From Azolla caroliniana (taxonomy: Eukaryota; Plantae; Polypodiophyta), in contig JBHGNT010000009.1 in NCBI GenBank assembly GCA_043228905.1, positions 4,960,001 to 5,024,000 of the forward strand: a stretch of 64,000 nucleotides of DNA. The letters are read 5' to 3'. The position numbers and the translations under genes were made by a program. Below the pieces are notes generated by a model that was not told the origin of the DNA, made no database searches, and worked only from the letters and a program-made list of their open reading frames with translations. Every line of letters begins with the position of its first letter. Positions within the stretch are counted from its first letter, which is position 1. Of the stretch, positions 1-11,089 are shown piece by piece.

Positions 1-757
1 ACACGGGGATGGGTGTGTTTGCACTTGTGAGATATGTAGACCAAATGGGAGTGATAATAGATGTAATGCACGAAACACGACTTACGCATCAGTTTCTGTG
101 ATATGGGGGTCTTTTGTTTGTGAAAAACAACCATCATCTGAGTGGCATAATCGTACATGTCTTCTAAGAACATGTAAAGTTTGCCCACAACCACCATTTT
201 GTAGACAAGACCTTGATGTAGATAACTGTCATATTGTGAAATATTTAGAGTATGTGACAGAAAATATAGGTAAGGGTCTTGTTAGTAAGCGTATCAAGGA
301 AGTATATAAGGAGACATGTGCTACTACCCTTGTCTCAGAATTTAAGAACCAACTCGAGGAGTTCATTCCACATAACTTTAGGAGTTATTGGCAAAATTCA
401 CAGTTCAAGGAATGTATAAATAACTTACCACCAAATGTTATAGTATCCGTTATTGACTTTGCAGAGAACTATACGTTTAAAGTTCAAAATGAGGTTCAAT
501 CAATGCATTGGTATAATGACCAATGTACAATACTTGTACATATTTGCTACTGGAGAAAAGACGTCGAGTTACATAAGAAATCAATATTCTACATTTCAGA
601 TGATAAAAAGCACGATACACTATTTGTTCAACATTGTTTTAAGCTTCACCATGCAGATTAATTGTCCTTGGATGTTAACTTTAATCGGCATTGGGTTTGG
701 TTTGATGGTGTTGCCTCACAATTTAAGGCGGCCCGGTCCTTCTACTTCATTGCAAGG
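1..757 (+). pseudogene. DDE transposase fragment, Sola2-like, with in-frame stop; probably intron-containing
   Basis: ORF 98-661 has VIDFAENY..EVQSMHW..Q.TILVH and FYISDDKKHD. After a TAA the same frame continues HWVWFDGVASQFKAARSFYFIAR, then a splice-donor-like AAG/GTGAG at ~757. Superfamily call is from recalled motifs. Confidence 0.6.
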
Positions 758-869
758 TGAGGAAATAATCCATATGTTTGGTACTTATAAATGGAAGTCT
801 ATTTTGGTAATACTCCATAGTACTTAGAAATGTTTGTATAAAATACTGAATGACATGCACCTAGATTCA

Positions 870-1377
870 CTAGTACTGATTATGTATCCGTAATTTACAA
901 CATAGTATTGTCCCCAAAGGTGCACATGTGCAAGTACTAAATTATAACTTAGGATTGCCCCCTCTTAGTAATGTTTGTACTAATGAGTAACTTAGCTATA
1001 ATCAACTTTGTTCGTTAGTACTAATTTATAATTTAGGATTGTTCTCTCTCATTAATACTAATTATTAACTTAGTACTATCCAACCATGTTCATTAGTACT
1101 ATCCATTAACTTAGTACTGTCCAACTTTATTCATTAAGACCAACTTATAACTTAGGACTGTCCATTGTCATGCATTAGTACTAATTAATCACTTAGAACT
1201 GTCCAAGTTTGCTCATTAAGACCAACTTATAACTTAGGACTGTCCGTTGTCATGCACTAGTACTAAATTATAACATAGGATTGCCCCCTCTCAGTAATGT
1301 TTGTACCAATTCATATCTTAGCTATATTCAACTTTGTTCGTTAGTACTAATTTGTTCATTAGTACTATCCATTAACT
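870..1377. repeat. AT-rich degenerate repeat array (TAGTACTA and ATAACTTAGGA modules)
   Basis: Recurrent tagtacta palindromes; an ~82-bp near-duplicate at ~1121-1200 and ~1203-1280. Confidence 0.7.
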
Positions 1378-1637
1378 TGTTAGGAAACAAGTCCCTCCGG
1401 ATGGGAAATGAGAAGAACAGTACTGATGAGCAAACTCGGCCGAGGCCGAAACAGGATTTGGAGTACCCAGCTACGGAAGACTCGGTGAGAACCGGATGAC
1501 AAGTACCCGGCAACGGAAGACCCGGTGAGAATCGGATGTGGTGTACCCGGCAAGCGCCGGATGAGGAGTACGCGGCTACGGAAGACCCGGTGAGAACCGG
1601 ATGAGGAGTACCCGGTGAGAACCGGATGTGGTGTACC
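1378..1637 (+). mobile_element. Truncated copia LTR (5' part) with CCGG-rich tandem repeats
   Basis: Starts TGTTAGGAAACAAGTCCCTCCGGATGGGAA, nearly the same as the LTR starts at 8364 and 14891; repeats of gagtacccggctacggaagacccggtgagaaccggatg. Confidence 0.85.
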
Positions 1638-1903
1638 AATGCATTGATTGAACCTCATTTTGAACTTTAAACGTATAGTTCTCTGCAAAGTCAATAACGG
1701 ATACTATAACATTTGGTGGTAAGTTATTTATACATTCCTTGAACTGTGAATTTTGCCAATAACTCCTAAAGTTATGTGGAATGAACTCCTCGAGTTGGTT
1801 CTTAAATTCTGAGACAAGGGTAGTAGCACATGTCTCCTTATATACTTCCTTGATACGCTTACTAACAAGACCCTTACCTATATTTTCTGTCACATACTCT
1901 AAA
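1634..1903 (-). repeat. Inverted copy of 244-512 (transposase segment)
   Basis: Reverse complement matches 244-512; ORF 1576-1893(-) reproduces TENIGK...SMHWY exactly. Confidence 0.92.
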
Positions 1904-2930
1904 CTAGAACAATGTCATGATGAGGGTAAACAATAACTTAACATTCCTATCAATTATAGACAACAACCTATATACAATAAACTTATCGTTAGTACTAAAG
2001 TTGTGTCACCCGTCGTGGTGAAGTTTGCTGGTTGAAATATATAGATGTGTTCTTCCAAGTCTCCGTGTAGGAATGCCGTCTTGACGTCTTCAGTCCCCAC
2101 AACCCAAAGTAGGAGTCGAAGGGTGGTCATCTTGACTATTGGTGAGAATATCTCATCGTAGTGAACCCCATGTTCTTGTTTGAATCCCTTGGCGACGAGC
2201 CGAGCTTTGTATTTGGGCTTCTCTAAATCAGATACATATTTGTACCGGAAGACCCATTTGTAGTGCAGTGGCTTCCTTCCAACTGGTATTTCGACCAACT
2301 CCAATGCTTGATTTTGATGAATCGAATCCATCTTGGATTTCATGGCTTGTAGCCATATGTCAGTGTCTAGTGCGGCTATAGCTTCCTCGTCGGAGCTTGG
2401 TTCGCCTGCATCCGGGTAGTTGATGTAATCAAGGCCCATGTGATACAACTTTGTTGGCCTTCGGACTCGTCTGGATCTCCTCGGTGCTGAAGTGTTTGGT
2501 TCAAATTCTTCAATCGGCGCTGAAAGCTGATCGGCATTACTCGAACCTTCTTCAAGACTCCTCTAGGATGACTCGCCCTTGCAACAGGATTTCGGCGATG
2601 TCGAATCATCCTCCCTTTTTTTGGGATTGATTGACTAAGGATCCGAGGACTTGGCCAAGTTGATTCGGCTTTTCGTCCCTTTAGCCTTATTGTGGTTGAT
2701 GGTCGAATCAACTCTATCTCTTTCAACTCTATCGTTTTCGACTCGACACTTGTCAGTTGTGCCTCTTTCGACTCTAGTCGATTCTACTTTGCTTCAGTTG
2801 GCCAATTCGGTTGTTGTCAATCTCTTAGTCAAATAAAATTCGATTTCGACTAATGGACCTCTTTCCAATTCGGATTCGGCAAGGGGTTGTTGGCACGGTT
2901 GATTTTGATTGTTTGTCGAATCTCTGATTC

Positions 2931-2978
2931 TGTCGAGACTTGAGAATAGGAGAGAGAAAGATAAGATGACGATAGAAG

Positions 2979-3018
<40 letters not shown>

Positions 3019-5531
3019 CACTAGAAATGGAAAGAGATTTATATTATAAGAGAGCAAGGATTACAAATAGTAGGCTAAGGGATTACAAATTGGTGTTGAA
3101 CCGAATGAGTTAGAATGAATGAACATACACCTATTTATAGGTCCTTATGGAGTATTCTAGAATGTTCTAGAATTCTCTGAATATCTTGTATTAACTATAA
3201 TATAATTATTATAATTATACATCATGTATCTTATGCTAATGGTTAAAGGTCTAATGGTTTTTGTGAGGAAGAATGGAAAGAGAGTTTATATTATAAGAGA
3301 GCAAGGATTACAAAGAGTAGGATAACGGGCTACAAATTGGTGTTGAACCGAATGAGTTAAAATGAATGAATAGACACTTATTTATAGGTCCTTATGGAGT
3401 ATTCTAGAATGTTCTAGAATATTTTAGATATTTAATATAATCATGGAATATTCTACAATGTTCTAGAATACTCTAAATATATTGTATTAACTATAATATA
3501 ATTATTCTAATTATACATCATGTATCTTATGCTAATGGTTAAAGGTCTAACAGATAGACCAAGACGTCATGGATTCGAATCCTTATAAGGCCAAAACGTA
3601 TGTCTTCATGAAATTATCCCCCCTTTTTGACAACGAGTTCCACGAGTCGAAAGATAAGATTTCGGACTTGGCTTATGGGGATATTTGTTGTGAAACGCGG
3701 AAACCATGTCGGAGGCATTAGCAAGATTCTCGGAAGGCTCCCATGTTCGATCATTAGGTGTATAACCTAACCAATCTACTAAATAATACAGTTTGTTGCG
3801 GACGATCTTGGAGTCGAGAATGGTTGCAACTTCATATTCAAAGCCATTGGAAATTTCGATTGGAGGTGGGGGAGATGTAAGATGACCTGGGCGAGAGCTG
3901 GTTGTGTAGGGTTCCAAAAGGGAAACATGGAAGACCGGGTGAAGACGCATATGAGGTGGTAGATCAAGGCAAAATGCCACATCATTGATCTTACCAGATA
4001 TCACATATGGGCCAAAACGTTGATAATCCAATTTGTAGCAAGGTCAGGTGGTTTTAATGTGACCTTGTAAGAGCCATACTCGATCTCCTACTTGAAACAA
4101 AGGTGATGAATCATGTCAATGTCAGTTGGAAACCGGCTTTTGAGTAGCACATAAATGGTGCGAAAGGATATCCTGAATTTCTTGGAGTCGGCTAAGCCGA
4201 TCTTCAGCAGTTGGGTTTGTCGGGAGCTCAAGATGTTCAAGCATAGTCCAACGTGGATGGTACCCAATGTTCGCAAAATATGGGGAGTATCCAGTAGAAG
4301 AATGTTCTGAGTGTTTGTAAGCAAATTCTGCCAAATGTAATAGATCAACCCAATCATCTTGTTGATAGTTGACAAAACAACGAAGGTATTGCTCTATTGC
4401 CCGTTAGTTTCTGGATGGTAGTCGGAAGAGAGTTTGCAAGAAGTATGTAAGAGTTCGAACATGTGCCGCCAAAATTTTGAGATGAATTGGGGACCCCGAT
4501 CACTGATAATATAATCGGGAAGACCATGATGCCGAAACACCTCTCTCATGAGTAACTCGGCTGTCTCTTGGCTCGTAATGGCCTACGTGCAGGGAAGAAA
4601 ATGCGCCATCTTCGTAAAATGGTTTGCTACCATGAGAATAGAATCAAAACCCTTGGAAGGTGGTAGATCCGTAATGATATCCAATGAAATAGATTCCCAT
4701 GGACTCTCAGGAATAGGCATTGGCTGTAATAAGCCATATGGATGATGTCGAGGTTTTTTGGATCGGCAACATGTATCACAACTACGAACATAATCCGTAA
4801 CAAAATGATGAAGTTGTGACCACCAATATCATCAAGAAATTAATGCCAAAGTCTTGTAGATGCCGAAATGTCCAGCCATTGGTGTGTCATGACATTGTTG
4901 CAAGACTTGGAGTCGAGAAGGACTCTCAGGCACATACAAGAGATTTTGTCGAAAAGTAAATCATCATGCCAACTGAACTGGTTATAGTCTTGACAAGGAT
5001 TTTGAGATTGTGAACAAGAAGCTCAATTTGGGATAATGTGGTTCAAAATGTCTTGGGAGAATTCATCAGTCTCAATATGCTCCCGAATGGAATCAAGAAG
5101 ACTTGAATCTCGGGGTGTATCTATAGCATGGAATGCCATTAGTCGTAGACGGTTAGAACCCAAGAGGATTTGCTTCTGACTTTCAAATGCGACCTCCCCT
5201 AGTTGAAGTTCCATATACGAATGCCGAGATAAAGCATCCGCTTTTCCTTGTTGTATCCCAGGGCGATATAGAATTACAAAATCAAAACGAGTTAAGAACA
5301 AGCTTGTCGACGACTCAAGACTCGAGCACTTTGGAAGTTCATTAGGTTTTTGTGATAATTTAATATAATCATGGAATATTCTAGAATACTCTAAGTATCT
5401 TGTATTAACTATAATATAATTATTATAATTATATATCATGTATCTTATGCTAATGGTTAAAGGTCTAACATATAGATCAAGACGTCATGGATTCGAATCT
5501 TTATAAGGCCAAAATGTATGTCTTCATGATA
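2931..5531 (-). mobile_element. Ty3/gypsy chromovirus (Tcn1-like), internally deleted
   Basis: TSD GATTC at 2926-2930 and 5532-5536. 3' LTR 2931-3612 with PPT next to it; partial 5' LTR ~5355-5531. RNase H end (YRPG..QGKADALSR), integrase, GPY motif and chromodomain (YEVATILDSK..YLVDWLGY..RTWEP) remain. Confidence 0.92.
3606..4031 (-). pseudogene. Integrase C-terminus with chromodomain (chromovirus pol fragment)
   Basis: RFGPYVI..LHPVFHVSLLEPY..YEVATILDSKIVRNKLYYLVDWLGYTPNDRTWEPSENL. Confidence 0.9.
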
Positions 5532-5731
5532 GATTCTGCCCGGTCAGTCAGTCCTTCCACGACATCTCTGTTGATGTCCAAGGAGACCTTCTTGCCAAAT
5601 TTTGGCTGAATCAAGTTGGAGAGTATTGAGTCTTCATTGAAGACTATGTCGTGGCTCTGGATCAATTTCCGGTTCTTTGGGTCCCATAGCTCATAGCCGA
5701 AGTCCCCATCGGTTCCTTAACCGAGAGTGCC

Positions 5732-5880
5732 TGTTGGGAAAAACAGGTCCATCCGGATGAGAAGAGCAATGGTCGAATCAATTGGAATTGATGGGAAGTT
5801 GGCCTAGGCCAAAAACCGAATAATCGACAAATTGAATGATCAATTTAATAGCCGATTCAGGAAACTAATTTTGTAAATAG
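5732..5880 (+). mobile_element. Truncated copia-type LTR fragment
   Basis: TGTTGGGAAAAACAGGTCCATCCGGATGAGAAG resembles the other copia LTR starts; shares ttgtaaatag and aatagccga motifs. Confidence 0.6.
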
Positions 5881-8363
5881 TCAATTCGGGAAACCACGTT
5901 GGCCGGAACTTCGCCCGACTCGAGCCATCGTCTCGTCTCTTCCAATCGAGTCAGGATCGGTTCCTCCAACTTCTTCCCAGAAATTGGGTTTTCCATCGCC
6001 GACCCCGCGTTGTTCCACTGGCGCTGCTTATAGAAACGGTTGTAGACCCTCTTTACCACGACCAAGTCGGTCATTAGTCCTTCATCCATCTCCAACAAGA
6101 GACCTACTTCTCCCGATCAAGGGCATCAACGAACTTGATAAATAACAAGACCTTGCTCGTGTCGAGCATGGTCCGGTCTAACACTGAGAGTCGAGCGAAT
6201 CATTTTTCGAACTCCTAGAGGAGCACCGAGCTATTCCTCCCCTTTTCGGGGCTCTCGACCCATTCCATAAACTCCGTCTTCGAGAACTAGAGCGAGTCAT
6301 CGAAGCCGTACCTCTCAAGGAGCTGTCCCTCGAACTCCAATCAGTTCCGATAGTCAACTTGTATTTCGAGCACCTCCATGTTGTTAAGAATCAACCAGCC
6401 ACAATCGGTTTCATGTTCATATGCGGGTGCAATGAAACGAGGAAAATAGATACACAGATAGAAAATGAGGGACAGAAAACGAGAAAACAGAAAGCACAGA
6501 GACACAGATATTTAACGTGGAAACCAAAAGTAGGAAAAACCACGGGGGTCCACAAACCCCAAGAAATAGATCACTATGATAGAGGAGAAGTACAAATAAG
6601 AAACTCTGAGGCAACGACCTCAAGTTCTCCTTCGTCTGACAGATGGTTACAAAGTTATACTCTCACACACACACTCACAGTTACAGAGGAAACTACCACT
6701 TGTCTAACTATTGTACAACTATAATGATTCACATATGCTAATAGGTTTACCCTAATTGTATTTATACATATGCAACTTTTTGGCTATCTACATACATTTG
6801 AACCACTTACAAATATAGTCTTCCGAATTGGCTATTAAATCGATTTCAGTTCTCGATTTCGATCTCAGCCTTGACCGAATTTTTGTTGTGTCCTCAATTC
6901 GGTTCATTCTCTTCTTCCCATCTGGAGTGACATGTTTCCCAACAAACTCCCCCTTCGCTCTAGCATGATGTACTTTACCAATGTGACTCTCTGTCGACAC
7001 TCAGTCAGCTTCTTTGCTGATAGCACTTTTGTCAGCATGTCCGATCTATTTTTGGCCGTGTGGATCTTCATCAAAGAAAAATCCTTTTCTTCTACTCGCT
7101 CTCGGAGCCAATGATATCTCCTCTGGATGTGCTTGGTCCTCGAGTGGTAGGCGGCATTTTTCGCGAGGTGGATGGCACTCTGGTTATCACAATGTGTCAG
7201 AATTCCTCTTGTTGAATTCCCAACTCTCTAATAAACTCCTTCATCCAGATTACTTTCTCACCGGCTTCCGTTGCGGCCATGTACTCGGCTTCCATGGTCA
7301 GAAACACCACTGTCTTCTGCAGACTCGATTGCCACGAGATAACTCCCCTTGCATAAGTCATCACATATTCGGATATAGATAAACCGGTATCCACATCAGC
7401 CGACATGTCCGATTCCGTGTAACCTTCCAATGTGGGATTACCCGAGCTGAATCGAAGACACGCATTCGATGTGCCTCTCAGGTACAGTATCCACTACGAC
7501 TGCGTATCCAATGTCCGCCCTTGTACGTATACCATCGCGTACATAAGGCGTCTTACCTTTTACATCTCGGCCTTCTCGGTTTTCGATTTTGGACATTGAT
7601 CTTTGCTCAACTTGTAGTTCGTTGGCAGTGTGGAGCCGACCGATTTCGCGCTTTCCATGCTGAATCTCTGGAGCACTTTTGTTATGTATTGCTCTTGTGA
7701 CAACCATAATAATTTTTTTGTTCAATCTCGAACAATGTGCATCCCTAGGATTTGCTTTGTCGGACCCATATCCTTCATCGAGAACGACCTACTCAAGGCC
7801 TTATTCAAGCTTCCGGTTTTCCTCGGGTCTCGTTCGACAATCACCATGTTGTCCACATATAGCCGGAGTATGAGGAAATCTCCTCCATCGAACATGTTCA
7901 CAAACACTCAATGATCGGCCTGCGTTTTGTGATACCCATTGTCGGTCATGAAGGATTTGAATTTTTGGTACCATTGTTGAGGTGCTTGCTTCAACCCATA
8001 CAGGCTCTTTCTCAATCGGCATACCAGGTTCTCTTTACCTTTCTCCACTAATCCTTCCGGTTGGAGCATGTATATCTCTTCCTCCAAATCTCTGTGGAGG
8101 AAGGCAGTTTTGACGTCCATTTGCTCGACTTCGAGTTCCATGCTGGTCGCGATGCTCAGCATTGTTTGGATTGACATCATCTTTACGACCAGGGCGAATA
8201 TTTCGTCGAAATCGACACCCTTCATCCAGAAATCTTGGGGGGGCTCTCCTCTCTCAAAGGGGATATCTTCGGCCTCAATTTGGCACAATCGACAATCGGT
8301 TCTTCTTTGATTTCTTCAACCGAGTCAAACTCAGATCCTTGTTCGGTCAGTTCCCCTTGCTCT

Positions 8364-8996
8364 TGTTGGGAGACAGGTCCCTCCGGATGGGAAGGGAGAA
8401 GAACAGTGCTGATGAACGAACCAGATGACGAGTACCCGGCTACGGAGAGCCGGATGGTGCAAACCCGGTGAGAACCGGATGAGGAGTACCCGGCTACGGA
8501 GAGCCGGATGGTGCAGACCCGGTGAGGAGTGCTCACCAGATGAAGAGACATATTCGTAAATATGTTTTTGAGAGTCCATCATGGCTATATTTGTAAATAG
8601 CCGAAAAGTGATATTAGTATAAATATGAATTAGGGCAAACTTTTAGAGGTGTTGTTATTCTTGTTGGTGAAAGAAGAGAGAGAGCGTGTAACCGTGTACA
8701 AAGAGAGAGAGAAAGAGAAAGAGGTCGTTGCCTCTGTTGAAACTGCCGCCTGTGGCGAAGATCGTGAGCACGAGGTCATTGCCTCCGTGAACTCACTGTT
8801 GTACATTCTAACATAGTGATAGTTTGCAGCCTGTGGGCTGCCGTGGTTTTTTTTTCCCTAGTTTGAGGTTTTCCACGTAAACATCTTGTGTACTCTTCTC
8901 TTCTTTGTGTCATGCATTTATTTCCCATTTTCTGTATATGATTCTAAGCTCGGTTGTGGCCAAGCGTTGCGTATAGGGAGCGTGCAGTTCTTGTCA
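8364..8996 (+). repeat. 5' LTR of copia 8364-15587
   Basis: TG..CA termini; direct repeat of 14891-15587; 2 copies of a 54-bp unit. Confidence 0.95.
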
Positions 8997-9025
8997 AGTG
9001 GTATCAGAGTGAAACGACACAAAAA

Positions 9026-11089
9026 ATGGACGAATTGTTGGGCGGCATGTTCAAGCTCACCGGCTCCAACTATTCAGTGTGGAAGTCGAAGATGAGGGAT
9101 ATGCTCGTGGTTAAAGATCTTTGGTTGCCGGTTCAGTTTGAGGACAAGAGACCGGACAAAATCAATGCCACGATATGGGAGGTGATGCACATGAAGACAA
9201 CAGCGTACATACGGTGCTTCATCGACATGAGCCTATACAACAACTTCAATGAAGAGAGCAAGGGTCATGAGCTTTGGGAGAAGATCGACATTATGTTTCA
9301 GAACAAAAATGTTGTTAATCAGGTTTCGGTATTCCGGAAGCTAGTAAGACTCTGGTACCAAGATGGCTCCAGCATGGTGGAGCACATGAATGCCTTCCAG
9401 GGGCTGATCCACCAGGCAACTTCATTGGAAGTACCTCTCGCCGATGAGGTACTAGTGCTACTCCTGCTCTGTTCCCTCCCGGATAGCTGGGAGACGTTGG
9501 TTGTCACTTTGGGCAACGTCGGGCCGGAAGGAAAGCGGTTATCCCTAGCAAGAGTAAAGTCAAGCTTGCTAGATGAGGAGGCACGTCGGAAAGATAAAGA
9601 TACGAGCTCCGACTCCAAAGCGCTCCTTACCAAATTGGAACGCGGAAGACATAGAAACCGTAGTCCCCAAAACTGGGAGAAGTCGGGGACACGGTCAAAG
9701 TCAAGGGGGAGGCCTACTTGCTTCTATTGTGCCAAGCCAGGACACTTCCAAAAGGACTGTCGGCATTTCCGAAAAGACAAGGAAACCAATGGTACCGATT
9801 CGAAGCGGACCCCGGACCGGAACGGTAAAGACCGGAGGGGGCCGGACCGGAAGGGAACGATGGCAATCGCGACAAGTGAAGAAGAGTTGATGCTCATCAC
9901 AGAGGAGTGTGAGATAAACCTTGCCGGCGACGAGATGACCTGGGTGGTAGACTCCAGAGCGTCGTTCCACCTTACCCCGGACCGGAAATGCTTCTCATTC
10001 TACTTAGCCGGTGATCACGGCTGTGTACGGATGGGGAATGAAGGTACATGCCGAACTGTCGGCATAGGAGACGTGTGGCTGACAACACCAACCGGATGCA
10101 AGTTGCTACTGAAGGATGTCCGACACGTTCCGGAGGTTCGTCTAAACTTGATATCAGCCGGTCGGCTAGATGATGAAGGCTACACGGGTAGCATCCGGAA
10201 CGGTGTCATCAAGTTCAGCAAAGGGAGCCTGATTGTGGCTCGGGCCCGGAAGGTCAACACACTGTACCTGATGAATGCCCGGTTATGTCCGGAGGAAGTG
10301 AACGTGGCATCCGACACTGCCGGTGAGCGGTGGCACAAGAGGCTGTGTCATATGAGCGAGAAGGGGATGAAGAGGCTTGTAGACGACAACCTCATTCCAA
10401 TGAAGAACGTGCACTTGGAGAAGTGCACTGATTGTCTGGCCGGTAAGCAAAACCAGACCTCCTTCCGAACAAGGCCACCGATGAGACGTAATGCACCACT
10501 GGAGTTGGTGCATATGGATGTGTGTCAAGTAGACACGAAGGCACATGCCGGAGCGCAGTACTTCGTGACGTTCATAGATGACCACAGCCGGAAGCTATGG
10601 GCCACACCGTTGAAGACGAAGGATCAGGTGCTATCCGTCTTCAAAGAGCTCCACGCGAAAGTGGAAAGAGAAACCGGCCGGAAGCTGAAGGCGGTTCGAG
10701 CAGATAATAGAGGAGAATACCGGGGGCAGTTCGAGGAGCACTGCCGCTCGAAGGGAATCCGGCTCGAATTTACCGTGCCGAAGACGCTGGAACTAAACGG
10801 ATTGGCCGAGAGGATGAACCGGACCATAATGGACAGGGTACTGTCAAATTGGTATAAGAGCGAAACGACACAGAAAATGGACGATTCGTTGGGAGGCATG
10901 TTCAAGCTCACTGACTCCAACTATTCGGTGTGGAAGTCAAAGATGAGGGACATGCTCGTGGTTAAAGACCTCTGGCTGCCAGTTCAGTTCGGGGACAAGA
11001 GACCGGACAAAATCGACGCCGCGATATGGGAGGTAATGCACATGAAGACATTGATGTACATACGGTGCTTCATCGACATGAGCCTATAG
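9026..11089 (+). CDS. Copia gag-protease-integrase(partial) ORF fused in frame to the start of a second gag
   Basis: Zinc knuckle CFYCAKPGHFQKDC, protease WVVDSRASFH, GAG-pre-integrase WHKRLCHMS, rve core LVHMDVC..FVTFIDD..RADNRGEY..NGLAERMNRT. No RT in this frame, so unlikely functional. Confidence 0.75.
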   Translation: MDELLGGMFKLTGSNYSVWKSKMRDMLVVKDLWLPVQFEDKRPDKINATIWEVMHMKTTAYIRCFIDMSLYNNFNEESKGHELWEKIDIMFQNKNVVNQVSVFRKLVRLWYQDGSSMVEHMNAFQGLIHQATSLEVPLADEVLVLLLLCSLPDSWETLVVTLGNVGPEGKRLSLARVKSSLLDEEARRKDKDTSSDSKALLTKLERGRHRNRSPQNWEKSGTRSKSRGRPTCFYCAKPGHFQKDCRHFRKDKETNGTDSKRTPDRNGKDRRGPDRKGTMAIATSEEELMLITEECEINLAGDEMTWVVDSRASFHLTPDRKCFSFYLAGDHGCVRMGNEGTCRTVGIGDVWLTTPTGCKLLLKDVRHVPEVRLNLISAGRLDDEGYTGSIRNGVIKFSKGSLIVARARKVNTLYLMNARLCPEEVNVASDTAGERWHKRLCHMSEKGMKRLVDDNLIPMKNVHLEKCTDCLAGKQNQTSFRTRPPMRRNAPLELVHMDVCQVDTKAHAGAQYFVTFIDDHSRKLWATPLKTKDQVLSVFKELHAKVERETGRKLKAVRADNRGEYRGQFEEHCRSKGIRLEFTVPKTLELNGLAERMNRTIMDRVLSNWYKSETTQKMDDSLGGMFKLTDSNYSVWKSKMRDMLVVKDLWLPVQFGDKRPDKIDAAIWEVMHMKTLMYIRCFIDMSL

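Larger units (their letters stand above)
2003..5730 (-). mobile_element. Ty1/copia remnant (integrase C-terminus to RT), split by the chromovirus at 2931-5531
   Basis: ORF 1954-2448: KWVFRYK..YKARLVAKGFKQEHGV.YDEIFSP..DVKTAFLHGDLEE. 5640-5720 encodes DFGYELWDPKNRKLI. Confidence 0.85.

Noticed and set aside
5865-6381. Coding-like GC-rich remnant on the minus strand
   Set aside because: Probably a TE fragment, but I recognise no motif.
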